Shown piece after piece: positions 20,531 through 30,992 of a stretch of DNA of 64,000 nucleotides. The notes beneath the pieces were generated by a model. The model did no database searches and was not told the origin of the DNA. It saw nothing but the letters and a program-made list of their open reading frames with translations. The translations under genes were made by a program, and so were the position numbers. Each line of letters starts with the position of its first letter. Within the stretch, counting starts at the first letter, position 1. This stretch comes from Candidatus Komeilibacteria bacterium (lineage in GTDB: Bacteria; Patescibacteriota; Patescibacteriia; UBA1558; GWA2-36-10), in assembly GCA_018656065.1 (NCBI GenBank), contig JABHZY010000024.1, positions 75,980-139,979 on the forward strand, given 5' to 3'.

Positions 20531-21859
20531 TTATTTTTTCTTAATTTGATAAGCTCCTAAATATAAAAATCTATTATCGAGTGAAAATGACAATGAACGA
20601 GCGCTATGATTAGTCGGTAAGTCATCAATAGCCCAGCTTCCACCATTGTCTATAGAATGATAAAGAGCTTTTGAAGTGGCGTAAAATAATTCATCAGTAT
20701 TTTTCGGATTTACCAATACTGCAAATATAGCCTCTCCTTTATTTGGTGGTGTAAGTAATTTGATCTGCTTCCAAATTGGACCATATTTATCTACCATTAC
20801 TCTATAAATAGCTCCATTATTAGCATAAATAACTGCATCCTCAACACTTCTATCTAAAGTAGCTGTGATCACAGATTTTGCACTTTTTATCTTTTTTAAA
20901 GCTACATATTTGTCTGTTTTTTCATAATCAATTTTTTCTTGCTTTGTTAAATACTGACAGGTAACCCTATTTTTTTCTTCTTGGGCATCTTCTAACAATT
21001 GAGCTTTACGATCTTCATCGTCAACACCTTCAGTATACTCTTTTTTTTCTGCTTTACTTAGACCTTTGCAAGTCTTCTTAAGTTTAGCCTCTTCTTTATC
21101 AGCTAAAAATTCTTCAAATTTAATATCCTCATCCACTTCAGCTCTATCAACTCTTAAATCTAAAAGATTTTCCCAAGTATCACCATTGTCTAAGCTTTTA
21201 AATATTCCCTTACTTTGAGTAACAGCATAGACTATTTGACTTTCTTCATTTTCTCCTACAAAAATTTTTCTTATATTATTACTAAAACGCTTTATAACAT
21301 CCCAAGACTTTCCATAATCCTTACTACGTAAAAAAGATCCTCCAGAAGTTCCAGCGTAGATTACACTATTATTATTATAACTAACCGCTAAAGATTTAAT
21401 ATATTTATCCTTAGCTGGTTCAAAATATACTTTTTCCCAGGTACGAGAACAATCAGTAGTTTTATAAATAGCATTATGAACAGCCACAAAAATAGTACAA
21501 TTCCTTTCTTGATCCACTACTATATCATTTATAGTACCCTTACCATCTAAAGTTCTGGTCCAGCCTTCGCCATAATCATAACTATAGAATATTCCATCAT
21601 GCTGTGTTCCTAAATAAATAGCACTATCATCTAAAGGATCAAAAGTCATAACCGTAACGCTAGCGGCATCAAAAGTAGCCTTTTTAGTTCCTACTGTGAA
21701 AATAGTATTCATTTTACTCCAAGTAGCTCCTAAATCATTACTCCTAAAAAATCCGCCCGTTAAATTTTCTGGCGCTTTAGATTTATTTGAAACACTAATA
21801 CACCCTGATAAAAACAGTGGTAATATGAGGACCAAGGCAGCTAATTTTTGTTTTTTCAT
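20531..21859 (-). CDS. lipoprotein with BNR/Asp-box repeats (beta-propeller)
   Basis: Lipobox LSGC. At least six S-x-D-x-G-x-T/S-W repeats: SNDLGATW, SYDYGEGW, TTDCSRTW, SKDYGKSW, SLDNGDTW, SIDNGGSW. Confidence 0.6.
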   Translation of the reverse strand: MKKQKLAALVLILPLFLSGCISVSNKSKAPENLTGGFFRSNDLGATWSKMNTIFTVGTKKATFDAASVTVMTFDPLDDSAIYLGTQHDGIFYSYDYGEGWTRTLDGKGTINDIVVDQERNCTIFVAVHNAIYKTTDCSRTWEKVYFEPAKDKYIKSLAVSYNNNSVIYAGTSGGSFLRSKDYGKSWDVIKRFSNNIRKIFVGENEESQIVYAVTQSKGIFKSLDNGDTWENLLDLRVDRAEVDEDIKFEEFLADKEEAKLKKTCKGLSKAEKKEYTEGVDDEDRKAQLLEDAQEEKNRVTCQYLTKQEKIDYEKTDKYVALKKIKSAKSVITATLDRSVEDAVIYANNGAIYRVMVDKYGPIWKQIKLLTPPNKGEAIFAVLVNPKNTDELFYATSKALYHSIDNGGSWAIDDLPTNHSARSLSFSLDNRFLYLGAYQIKKK

Positions 21860-21863
21860 ATTT

Positions 21864-22928
21864 TTATTCGATACTTAAAAATAAATTTTCCCACATTAAT
21901 TGTGGTGATATATTATAATTTAATTTTTGTTTAGCTTTATTTATTAACAGAAGATTATTTATTAAACTTTGTTGATTAAATTTTTGAGACAAAGCGTTTA
22001 TTTCTTTATTATAAATTTCGTTTACTATTGGTCGATCTAGCTTAACCCATAAAATATCTCTTAAAAAAACTTCAAAAAGATCTAAATATTCTCTAGTTAG
22101 ATTACCTAATTCATATAATTTGTAACCTGGATATTCTTTTTTCAAAATTTCAAACCATTTATCTATAGCTTGCATATAATAAAAAGTTCCGCCTGCCATC
22201 ATTTTTAGTATAAAACTTGAGCTTTTCTTAAATTGTTCTAAATCATCTGCCATTAATCTCAAGGCTACGCCTGGTCTACCAAAAGATAAATTAATAATTG
22301 TTTCTTTTTCTTCATTAGAAAACTTATAATTTTCTAACCAAGCTTTCATATCTTCTTTAACTAAAGATTTAAATTTTACTAACTGAGCTCTAGATATAAC
22401 AGTACTAGGTAAATTAGCAATGGAATCAGCTATCATAATAATAGTAGTATTAGCTGGCGGCTCTTCTAAAGTTTTAAGTAAGGCATTAGCACTGAACAAA
22501 TTAATAGTCTCCGTACCATAAATAATAGCGATCTTTCTATGCCCACTAAGATTAGACATGGAAATTTTATGTAAAAATTCACGAATATTATCTACGCTCA
22601 AAGCTTCTCTATCACCTACTTTATAAAGATCTAAAAAAGTACCTCGATTTATCATCTGACAATAATCACACTTATCGCAAGGCTTACTTTTGTCAGATAA
22701 ACAAAAAATACTTCTGACAAAGTAATCTGTGACTGTTTTTTTACCCAAACCAGCTGGACCATAAAACAAATATGTATTGGCCAGCTTATCTTGACTAATA
22801 GTCTCTTGTAAAAACTTTAATTGGTTTTTATGACCATAAATAGGCCACTTATATGGCTGTGACATTACATATAAAATACCATTTTCTAAGCTAAAAATCA
22901 ACCTGTGAATAAAAGAAAACCGTTGCAA
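21864..22928 (-). CDS. holB: DNA polymerase III delta-prime subunit
   Basis: LFYGPAGLGKKT P-loop-like, Zn module CDKCDYCQ, SRAQ sensor motif; 354 aa. Confidence 0.7.
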   Translation of the reverse strand: MQRFSFIHRLIFSLENGILYVMSQPYKWPIYGHKNQLKFLQETISQDKLANTYLFYGPAGLGKKTVTDYFVRSIFCLSDKSKPCDKCDYCQMINRGTFLDLYKVGDREALSVDNIREFLHKISMSNLSGHRKIAIIYGTETINLFSANALLKTLEEPPANTTIIMIADSIANLPSTVISRAQLVKFKSLVKEDMKAWLENYKFSNEEKETIINLSFGRPGVALRLMADDLEQFKKSSSFILKMMAGGTFYYMQAIDKWFEILKKEYPGYKLYELGNLTREYLDLFEVFLRDILWVKLDRPIVNEIYNKEINALSQKFNQQSLINNLLLINKAKQKLNYNISPQLMWENLFLSIE

Positions 22929-22960
22929 TCATAAATGACTACAACGGTATATGCCTGATA

Positions 22961-23212
22961 CTAACTAGCAGCTGACTCGGTTTGCTTACGAACCCTCTCG
23001 CGTTCCTCAATACACTGAGTGTAATACTCTTTGTTTAGACGATCGAACTCGCGTAAACTGATAGCAGTCCGATGATCTTCGGGTTGCAAACTGCAGAGCT
23101 TATACCAAGGATTAAATAATCCCCCCGGATTGTGAGTCTCAACTTGCCCATCACAATCCTCATAAGGACAGTCGTCCCCAATAAGCAAATCATCCCACTT
23201 CGGCTCTTTCAT
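22961..23212 (-). CDS. small GC-rich inserted gene (83 aa, 4 Cys), unknown function
   Basis: About 330 nt of visibly higher G+C than the flanks. SD AGGAGAG 4 nt upstream of ATG at 23212. The track ORF extends to 23251. Confidence 0.45.
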   Translation of the reverse strand: MKEPKWDDLLIGDDCPYEDCDGQVETHNPGGLFNPWYKLCSLQPEDHRTAISLREFDRLNKEYYTQCIEERERVRKQTESAAS

Positions 23213-23315
23213 AATCTCTCCTAATAAGTTGCGGGAAATTAATCCCTCCAATAGACGATCCGAATCAATATCGAATCAAGAACAGACCAAAATATAATAA
23301 AAAAACAGACTTTTG

Positions 23316-23711
23316 TCAAGTCTGTTCATCAAGTGCTTTATTGACCAAAGCATCCGCTTCTTTGTTATTCTCTCGCCGTACATGAGCAAAGCTAATTTTT
23401 TTAAATTTGAGACTCAAATTCCAAGTTTTAACGAATACTTTAGCTAATTCCTTATTTTTTACTTTATATTCTTGCTTAAGTTGTTTAACAACTAATTCAC
23501 TATCCAGATAACACTCTAATTCTTTAATATTATTTTTTATAGCTAATTTTAATCCATGTTCTAGGGCTTGATACTCAGCTTGATTGTTAGTAGTTTCACC
23601 AATATATTTAGAAAAGTCTGCTATTTTATCCTCTCCCTTATAAAAAACACCACCAATAGCGGCTGGGCCTGGATTACCTCTAGCTCCTCCGTCTGTAAAA
23701 AGCTTAACCAT
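23316..23711 (-). CDS. rnhA: ribonuclease HI
   Basis: TDGGARGNPGPAAIG plus NNQAEYQAL motifs; A-run hairpin terminator downstream at about 23285-23315. Confidence 0.8.
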   Translation of the reverse strand: MVKLFTDGGARGNPGPAAIGGVFYKGEDKIADFSKYIGETTNNQAEYQALEHGLKLAIKNNIKELECYLDSELVVKQLKQEYKVKNKELAKVFVKTWNLSLKFKKISFAHVRRENNKEADALVNKALDEQT

Positions 23712-25401
23712 TATTTTTAATATCTTTAATAATCAATTGTATTTCTCGATTGCCATTCCATTGATTGATACTTAAATTATATACTATATCTATTTTATCT
23801 CCCAACTCTAATGGCATTTTACCTAAGCCAAAAGCAATTGCTCCTTTTTTCTTATTACCTTTAGAAACTTCTAACTTCAAATGCTTTCCATCGTTACCAA
23901 CTTGTCTTAAAGAAGTGACTGATAAACCCGTAGACATAAATAAGGGTTCTGGATTTTTTTGTCCATAGGGACGAAATTTTTCTAGCAAATCAACTAGATC
24001 CCAAGATATTTCTTCAAAATCTATACCTAATTCTATTTCTAAACTTGATTTAAACTGTGCATCCTTAAGTTTATCAGCTGCTCTCTCTTTCATCTTTTTT
24101 ATAAACTCTTCCTGTTTAACTGGATCCATAGAAAAACCACAAGCCTGCGGATGTCCACCATATTTAATAAGTAATTCCTCATTATCTTGTAAAGCTTCAA
24201 TAATATTAAATTCTGGAACACTTCTCCCGGAGCCAACTATATTATCCTCTACCTTAGTCATCACAAAAGCTGGCCTTGAATACTCACGAGATAATCTTCC
24301 AGCCACTAGACCAGTTAAACCACTGGACCATTCTGGATTATAGAAAGTTAGTAGGGAATCATCTTCGTTTATTTTTTGAGCTTTAGCCTCACGAACAATT
24401 TTCTCAGTTAATTTTTGTCTATCTAAATTTGATTGGTTAAGTTCTGTGGCAAGTTCTGTGGCCTTAGCATCATCTTCTTCAACCATCAAAAAATAAGCTA
24501 GGTTAGCATGATCCATACGACCAGCAGCATTGACTCTTGGTGCTAAAGAAAAACCAATTGATCTAGTATCAATTTTATTAACATCTAAATTAGCAATTTC
24601 TATCAGCTTTTTCATTCCTAGACGCTGTGTTTTTTTAAGAACCAGCATTCCATATTTAACTAATGTCCTGTTTTCTCCTAATAAAGGCACCATATCCGCT
24701 ACAGTAGCTAAAGCCACCATATCTAATAACCATTTTTCATTAAGCTCTTTTTCTTTGGCAGATAAATCATTCTTAACATGAGAAAGTAATGCCTGAGCCA
24801 ATTTAAAAGCCACACCTCCACCGGCTAAAAATTTAAAAGGATATTTTTCATCTTTAACTTGCGGATGAATAATAGCTAGGGCTTTAGGTAATTTCTCAGG
24901 GACAGTATGATGATCAGTAATAATAACATCTAAACCTTTTTCATTAGCTATATTTACTTCTTCGTAATTACTAATTCCACAATCACAAGTGATAACTACT
25001 TTACTTTTACCAGCTAATTCTTCTACTGCTTTTTTATTTAAGCCATAGCCTTCCTTTTCACGATGAGGTAAATATACTTCCACATTAGCTTTCAAATTTT
25101 TAAGCACACTGCGAAGTATAACAGCTGAAGAAACTCCATCGGCATCATAATCACCATAGACAGTTATAAGCTCTTTATTTTTTATAGCTTTATATATTCT
25201 CTGACAAACTTTTTCCATATCTTTAAAAAGATGTGGATCATGAACATCCTTACTATAATCCGGACTTAAAAACTCATCAATTTCTTTTTGAGTTTTGAGA
25301 TCACGGTTATATAATAATTGAACTACAATAGGATGTAATTCTGGAAATTCATCTATAAATTCTTGACTAGGCTTTTGAGGTAATTTCCAAATATATGACA
25401 T
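23704..25401 (-). CDS. recJ: single-stranded-DNA-specific exonuclease RecJ
   Basis: DHH motifs (VYGDYDADGVSS, ITDHH), DHHA1 domain (GGHPQACG). Confidence 0.85.
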   Translation of the reverse strand: MSYIWKLPQKPSQEFIDEFPELHPIVVQLLYNRDLKTQKEIDEFLSPDYSKDVHDPHLFKDMEKVCQRIYKAIKNKELITVYGDYDADGVSSAVILRSVLKNLKANVEVYLPHREKEGYGLNKKAVEELAGKSKVVITCDCGISNYEEVNIANEKGLDVIITDHHTVPEKLPKALAIIHPQVKDEKYPFKFLAGGGVAFKLAQALLSHVKNDLSAKEKELNEKWLLDMVALATVADMVPLLGENRTLVKYGMLVLKKTQRLGMKKLIEIANLDVNKIDTRSIGFSLAPRVNAAGRMDHANLAYFLMVEEDDAKATELATELNQSNLDRQKLTEKIVREAKAQKINEDDSLLTFYNPEWSSGLTGLVAGRLSREYSRPAFVMTKVEDNIVGSGRSVPEFNIIEALQDNEELLIKYGGHPQACGFSMDPVKQEEFIKKMKERAADKLKDAQFKSSLEIELGIDFEEISWDLVDLLEKFRPYGQKNPEPLFMSTGLSVTSLRQVGNDGKHLKLEVSKGNKKKGAIAFGLGKMPLELGDKIDIVYNLSINQWNGNREIQLIIKDIKNNG

Positions 25402-25469
25402 AAAAATAAAATCACGTAAGTTAACGTGATAATATTGTATCAGTAATTGATATGTTTTGACAAATAACC

Positions 25470-25856
25470 CTACTTTATCTTAAGAACCTTAATCTTACGA
25501 ATATTTTTTGAACTACTTTTTTGAACTACTTTTTCTTCTAGCTTAGGAAGTGTTTTTATTTCCGGCTTAGAATGTTTGGCGGACTTTTTTTTCTTAGCTT
25601 TCCCAGGTTTTAAATATTTTAATTCCTGTTGCAAAAACCACAAAGCAAAAGTTAACATAAATAAACCAACTAATGTTAACAAGAAAAATGGATTATTAAA
25701 ATTAAAAAATGAAAACTCTGGTTTATGAACTTCTTGATATTCATCAACAATAGCCACAACCTCTTGATTGAGTTCATTTAATTTATTGTCAGTCTCTAGT
25801 AGATTATCCATAATTGGATCCTCCACTTGGACTATTTTTTTTATTTGCTCAGACAT
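25470..25856 (-). CDS. hypothetical small membrane protein
   Basis: ORF; one TM helix plus a Lys-rich tail. Confidence 0.3.
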   Translation of the reverse strand: MSEQIKKIVQVEDPIMDNLLETDNKLNELNQEVVAIVDEYQEVHKPEFSFFNFNNPFFLLTLVGLFMLTFALWFLQQELKYLKPGKAKKKKSAKHSKPEIKTLPKLEEKVVQKSSSKNIRKIKVLKIK

Positions 25857-26980
25857 TTGATTGTTTTATTTGCAATATTAATCATCTCAGCTTCTTCAAT
25901 AACTAACACTTTACAATTTTTTGGTTTTTGTATTTTTTTAAGTATCATTTTACGTATAATAGCGCTATTTTGACCAATACCCCCTGTGAAAACTATGGCA
26001 TCTAATTTTTTACTCATACCAATATAAGAAGCTAAAAAACGCGCAACATTATAAACAAAGATTGATATGGCTAACTTAGCTCTCTTTCTGTCTAATGGAC
26101 TATATTTATGACTAGCTTTGAAACCACTAACCTTATAACCAGCAGCTGATAAAATGTCTCTCAAATCCCTCATATTGGTCAATCCTAGTAGGCCAGACTT
26201 TTTATTTAATAAATCTTCAATATCTTTGTTTTTCATCTTTAGCTCAGAGGCTAAATAAAATACTATAGCCGTTGGTACATCTCCACTCCTAGTAGACATA
26301 GTTAAGCCTTCATTAGGAGAAAATCCCATAGTAGTATCTATTACCTTACCATCCATATACCAAGCCAGACTAGATCCGGAACCAAGGTGACAAGTAACAG
26401 CTTTGAATTTGTTTATTTTTTTATCTAATTTTTTAGCTGCTAACTTAGTAACCATTTCGTGATTCAAACCATGAAAGCCATATTTTCTGATTTTATGCTT
26501 ATTATATAAAAAATTTGGCAGAGAATATTGATAGACTTCTGGTTTTAATCCACTGTGCCAAGAAGTATCAAAAGAAACTGACATTTTTACTCGTGGCCAA
26601 GTTTGCCTAACTAATTTCATTAACTCCAAAGTAACAGGGTTATGAAGTGGAGCTAACTTATTGTATTTAACAATTTTTTTTAAAAAACTATTATTAACCT
26701 TAACTGTATCAGTAAATTCTTCTCCGCCATGAACGATTCTAAAACCTACATAACGAATATCATAAACATCTAAAATTTCATATAAATAATCCCACCAATC
26801 TTTGAGATTATAACCAGTCTGATAATTTATGGTTTTCTTTTTATATTTTAAAACACTTTTATCTCCATGTAAAGAAATTGATCCATCTAAAACTTGTTTA
26901 CCAATTTTTTTAGTAACTTCAAAAACAGTAAATTTTAAACTACTACTTCCTCCATTTAAAACTAATAAATGTTTTTTCAT
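25841..26980 (-). CDS. ackA: acetate/propionate kinase
   Basis: N-terminal LVLNGGSSSLKF (acetokinase signature 1); 379 aa. Confidence 0.8.
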   Translation of the reverse strand: MKKHLLVLNGGSSSLKFTVFEVTKKIGKQVLDGSISLHGDKSVLKYKKKTINYQTGYNLKDWWDYLYEILDVYDIRYVGFRIVHGGEEFTDTVKVNNSFLKKIVKYNKLAPLHNPVTLELMKLVRQTWPRVKMSVSFDTSWHSGLKPEVYQYSLPNFLYNKHKIRKYGFHGLNHEMVTKLAAKKLDKKINKFKAVTCHLGSGSSLAWYMDGKVIDTTMGFSPNEGLTMSTRSGDVPTAIVFYLASELKMKNKDIEDLLNKKSGLLGLTNMRDLRDILSAAGYKVSGFKASHKYSPLDRKRAKLAISIFVYNVARFLASYIGMSKKLDAIVFTGGIGQNSAIIRKMILKKIQKPKNCKVLVIEEAEMINIANKTIKCLSK

Positions 26981-27543
26981 ATATCTAAATCTACTACACT
27001 ACAGCTAAGTAAACCTGCTGCATTTGCCTCGTCAGTATCTAAATGAATAACTGTACTATAGTTACCAATTCTAACGGTTATTTCTCTAATCTCCATAGCC
27101 CGCGGACCTCTGACTATAGCCCTCACCTTTTGACCAGCTTTAAGTTTCCATTTTTTAGCATCTTCTTTGGATATATGCAGATGTCTCTTAGCTATAATTA
27201 CCCCTTCTTTGAGTCTAACGCTACCTTTTGGCCCTTTGATGGTTACACCGCCTGGACTAGCCTTAAGATCTCCTGACACACGAAATTCAGGCTTAACACC
27301 TATATTTCTAGCGTCAGTCAAAGATAATTCAATTTGAGTTTGTTTTCTAACTGGCCCTACTATACGAATCATTAACTTTCCCTCTGGCCCTTTAATTTCT
27401 ACTTTTCCCTTAGCTGCAAATTCACCTGGTTGAGATAATTTTTTAATAGCTTTAAGCTCATAACCTTTACCAAAAAGCTTATCCAGATGAGCTCTAGAAA
27501 GATGTAAATGTCTAGCTGAAATTTCTGCTTTTACTTTTTTCAT
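26977..27543 (-). CDS. PduL-type phosphate acyltransferase (phosphotransacetylase analog)
   Basis: Two tandem PduL-like repeats with RHLHLS / RHLHIS motifs. Translationally coupled to ackA. Confidence 0.6.
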   Translation of the reverse strand: MKKVKAEISARHLHLSRAHLDKLFGKGYELKAIKKLSQPGEFAAKGKVEIKGPEGKLMIRIVGPVRKQTQIELSLTDARNIGVKPEFRVSGDLKASPGGVTIKGPKGSVRLKEGVIIAKRHLHISKEDAKKWKLKAGQKVRAIVRGPRAMEIREITVRIGNYSTVIHLDTDEANAAGLLSCSVVDLDI

Positions 27544-27544
27544 A

Positions 27545-28573
27545 CTATAAATTATACTTTTTCAAATCTTTAGCTGTAAGCAATCCTTCTTGAGCGCCTA
27601 TTTTCATAATTACTGAATTACTATTCAAAACCCCTAATTTTAAAGATTTTTCTAAGTCCCAATTATATTTAATCAAACCAGCTGTTAATCCGGAACCAAA
27701 TGAATCTCCAGCACCAGTTGTATTAATGCCTTTACGTTTTAAAGCTGCTTTGAAATACATTTTTTTACCATCATACATATAAGCACCCTTAGGTCCGTCA
27801 GTAATAACAGTCAATCTTTGACCATATTGATGTAAAAATTTAAGAATATTTCTAATATTATCTTTAGTATCTTTTCCTTTAACGCTCATTACTAATTCTA
27901 AAGCTTCATCACGATTAACATCAAATACAGCTGTGCGTTTCATATACTTAGCTAATCCTTTAAGGCCTAATTTCAATTGGTTGGTGCCTGGATTCCAAGC
28001 AATCTGACAACCCTTTTTCTCACAATGATCAAAAAGACGATTTAAGCCAGGTTTAAAATTACCCGACAAAGAAGTAAGATATACCCAGGGTGTATTTATT
28101 TTTTTGATGACTGACTGACTAAGTTCAATTTTATTATTAGCACCTCGATAAGCAAATATTACATGTTCTTTAAACTTGCCAACATTTATAATAGATGAAG
28201 TCCCCGTTTTCAAATTCTTTTGTATTTGTAATAATTTAGTAGATACTTTTCTAGATTTTAAATAATCTATCATTTCTTTGGCTACCAAATCATCTCCCAG
28301 AGACAAAATAGCTTGAGTTTTTATTCCTAAAGAGGCTAAAGATACCGCGGCATTCATACCACCGCCACCAAAAACAAAATGTACATCTTTACTATAAAGC
28401 TTAGCTCCATATTCAAAACCAATTAATTTTTGACGAAGCAAGTCTGCTTTATTATCAATAATCACCATGTCATCCGTATAAAACATAATGTCACGGGTTG
28501 CACCGCCTATAGTGGTAATTTTATTTTTTAACATTTCTTTAAATATAACGATTGTATTCCTTAATTCTGTCAA
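27545..28573 (-). CDS. PfkB-family carbohydrate/nucleoside kinase
   Basis: GGGGMNAAVSLA (GG motif) and NTTGAGDSFGSG (GAGD motif) motifs. Confidence 0.8.
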   Translation of the reverse strand: MTELRNTIVIFKEMLKNKITTIGGATRDIMFYTDDMVIIDNKADLLRQKLIGFEYGAKLYSKDVHFVFGGGGMNAAVSLASLGIKTQAILSLGDDLVAKEMIDYLKSRKVSTKLLQIQKNLKTGTSSIINVGKFKEHVIFAYRGANNKIELSQSVIKKINTPWVYLTSLSGNFKPGLNRLFDHCEKKGCQIAWNPGTNQLKLGLKGLAKYMKRTAVFDVNRDEALELVMSVKGKDTKDNIRNILKFLHQYGQRLTVITDGPKGAYMYDGKKMYFKAALKRKGINTTGAGDSFGSGLTAGLIKYNWDLEKSLKLGVLNSNSVIMKIGAQEGLLTAKDLKKYNL

Positions 28574-28766
28574 TTATCATTTTCATAATGTAAATAAAAA
28601 CCGTAAACATACCCGTTACAAAAATCATTTGACCTTTAAATCCAACATCGAAGGAAGCTAATTGCTGGACAAGAGTAATAGCTACTAAAATTCCTAGTAC
28701 AACTACTGCTGTAAAAAGAAGCATAACTAAAGTAAAAATTAATTCTACAACTTTATGCAAAGACAT
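28539..28766 (-). CDS. hypothetical small membrane protein
   Basis: 75 aa, two TM helices. Confidence 0.3.
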   Translation of the reverse strand: MSLHKVVELIFTLVMLLFTAVVVLGILVAITLVQQLASFDVGFKGQMIFVTGMFTVFIYIMKMIIDRIKEYNRYI

Positions 28767-28815
28767 AATTATTATTTTTAATTATTTGATTATATTATAA
28801 CAAAAATAGAGACAA

Positions 28816-29289
28816 TTAGCTAATGTCTCTAAATTTTATAATATGGTATCCAGCCACTGCCATGGCCACCCCAACATTGAGTGATTCTTTAATGCCGTTC
28901 ATGGGTAAAGAAATAGTTGTGTCGACTTGTTTAAGCATAGTCTCAGACACACCGTGTACTTCATTTCCTAATAAGAGTGCCATAGGAAATTTTGGCTTAA
29001 AATCCAAATAATCAATAGAGCTATCGCCAGTTTCCAAAGCTACAATTTTGACACCTTCTTTTTTTAATTTTTTAATCAAATAAGAAAGACTTTTATAATG
29101 CTGCCAGGACACAGCCTCTTCGGCTCCCAAAGCTACTTTAGATATTTCTTTTCTTGGTGGAGTACCAGAGTAGCCAGTCAAAAACAGCCGATCTACTCCT
29201 AGAGCATCGGCAGTTCGAAACATCGTGCCTATGTTATATAGGCTACGAATATTATGAGCGATGATATATAAATCTTTATTCGTTGTCAT
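28816..29289 (-). CDS. SpoU/TrmH-family (SPOUT) RNA 2'-O-methyltransferase
   Basis: LLLGNEVHGVS and SLNVGVAMAV motifs of the SPOUT knot. Confidence 0.8.
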   Translation of the reverse strand: MTTNKDLYIIAHNIRSLYNIGTMFRTADALGVDRLFLTGYSGTPPRKEISKVALGAEEAVSWQHYKSLSYLIKKLKKEGVKIVALETGDSSIDYLDFKPKFPMALLLGNEVHGVSETMLKQVDTTISLPMNGIKESLNVGVAMAVAGYHIIKFRDIS

Positions 29290-30883
29290 GAAAAACTTCT
29301 TCTTTTTTCTCTCTCATAAATCCAAGCCAATCTTCAAAAGCAGCTACAAACAATTTAAATGGCGCTTCAATGATGTAATCCATAATAAAAGCAAAAAGAT
29401 TTATACTCTTAAATCTAGCAGACATCCAACGTCCAGCTGAAACAACTGGTAATGCAAAAAAGTTTATAAAGAATGATAAAACGCCCTCTTTTTTCTTTTC
29501 TATTCGGAGTTCTTTGGCAGTAGCCCTAATACGAATAGCAAAAAAACTAACCGCTGTTAAGAAGAATAAGAATATTGCGCCACTGAGTAGGTTAAATTCT
29601 AAACGTCTAAGGAAATATATAATAGCTCCAAAAACTACAATATATAAAACTGTGTACATAAAATAATAAAAAACTTGATAAGAAAGATTTTTATTATATT
29701 TAGTTTTGAGCTGACACAAAATAGATTGCTCAGGCTTGTTGTAAACTACATTGTGTAAATTCTCCAAAATTAAGTCTGTATTTTTTTTACTCAATGGTCT
29801 AATAGTAAGTGTCACTAAAAACATTAAAAATACTGGAAATAAAACATTAATACCTAAATTAGTATAGTGCACTCCATCTAAAACATACATTTCGTATGGA
29901 AATTCAACAAGTAAAGCTATTAAAGATTTTGTAATAAAAATATAAACTATTGCTCTAATTGAAGCACGAGATATTCTATTTTTAATGCTTTTATATTTTT
30001 TATTAATGAGTAGCTTGGCTTCTGCCTCCAGCATATCTGGATTAGCCAAAAGCTCTTGAATACCACTACCATGACTTAGAATCAACTCATGTAAAATCTT
30101 AAAAGTAACTACTGGCTCTTTAATAGACTTTAAAATTCTACGTTGGTATGGGTGTCTAAGATGGTGATGAATATTTTTATAGATCTCTGGCAGGTGAGTA
30201 GCCATTATTTTAATAGTGTCTCTATCAGCGTTAAGCCATTTATCATAAAATAAATTCAAAAGATGAAAAGATATAATAGTATCGTCTGACTTTACTATAG
30301 ATTTATGAATAGCAATATAGAGTTGAAGATTCTTTTCCCTAATACTAAGATCATCATCACCCTTTAACTTAACCCTGGGTTTGCTAATCTCATACATGGC
30401 CTCAATGACCGCATCGCCAATATCTTCAGGATTAAGTAATATATCAATTTCACAAGCCTCAAGAGCGATTAACCAATCAAAATATTCTCTGATCTCGTCG
30501 CCGTGATACAAATCATTCATTAAAGAAAATAAATCATTGTATTTTTTTATAATCTTTTCTACTTCGGCTATTTTATATTCAGGAATGGTTTTATTTGGAA
30601 GATAACGAGAACGCACTAAATCTTCTATTAAGCCAGTGGCAATTTGTGGCTTAAGAAGCTCCATAATAAAACGTCGTTTAATATTTCTTTCAATAGCAAA
30701 ACGACGAAGTAAATGAACTTCTTTGAAATCAACAGTGTTACGAAGTTTTTCGTATAAAGCTGAAAAATGACTAGTTATTTCTTCAACTTCTACCAAACTT
30801 TCTTCTTGAGCTGCAAGTTCTCTTTGCCTGTAAATCTGTTCTAATTTTTTATAAAGTAGAATGATTTCTTGCGATATTTTCAT
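29276..30883 (-). CDS. hypothetical membrane protein (N-terminal soluble domain, C-terminal multi-TM)
   Basis: ORF only. Confidence 0.3.
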   Translation of the reverse strand: MKISQEIILLYKKLEQIYRQRELAAQEESLVEVEEITSHFSALYEKLRNTVDFKEVHLLRRFAIERNIKRRFIMELLKPQIATGLIEDLVRSRYLPNKTIPEYKIAEVEKIIKKYNDLFSLMNDLYHGDEIREYFDWLIALEACEIDILLNPEDIGDAVIEAMYEISKPRVKLKGDDDLSIREKNLQLYIAIHKSIVKSDDTIISFHLLNLFYDKWLNADRDTIKIMATHLPEIYKNIHHHLRHPYQRRILKSIKEPVVTFKILHELILSHGSGIQELLANPDMLEAEAKLLINKKYKSIKNRISRASIRAIVYIFITKSLIALLVEFPYEMYVLDGVHYTNLGINVLFPVFLMFLVTLTIRPLSKKNTDLILENLHNVVYNKPEQSILCQLKTKYNKNLSYQVFYYFMYTVLYIVVFGAIIYFLRRLEFNLLSGAIFLFFLTAVSFFAIRIRATAKELRIEKKKEGVLSFFINFFALPVVSAGRWMSARFKSINLFAFIMDYIIEAPFKLFVAAFEDWLGFMREKKEEVFHDNE

Positions 30884-30992
30884 AGCTAAAATATACCATA
30901 ATTAAGCTTTTTCTTCAATATAATATATATCATAATAATAAGACAAAAGCAAGTCATTTGCTTTTATAAAAATAAGCTGCTAAAATATTTAC

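Noticed and set aside
21696-21878. ORF 21696-21878 (+)
   Set aside because: Short antisense ORF inside a longer, better-supported minus-strand gene.
23765-23968. ORF 23765-23968 (+)
   Set aside because: Short antisense ORF inside a longer, better-supported minus-strand gene.
24530-24781. ORF 24530-24781 (+)
   Set aside because: Short antisense ORF inside a longer, better-supported minus-strand gene.
27043-27276. ORF 27043-27276 (+)
   Set aside because: Short antisense ORF inside a longer, better-supported minus-strand gene.
28823-29011. ORF 28823-29011 (+)
   Set aside because: Short antisense ORF inside a longer, better-supported minus-strand gene.
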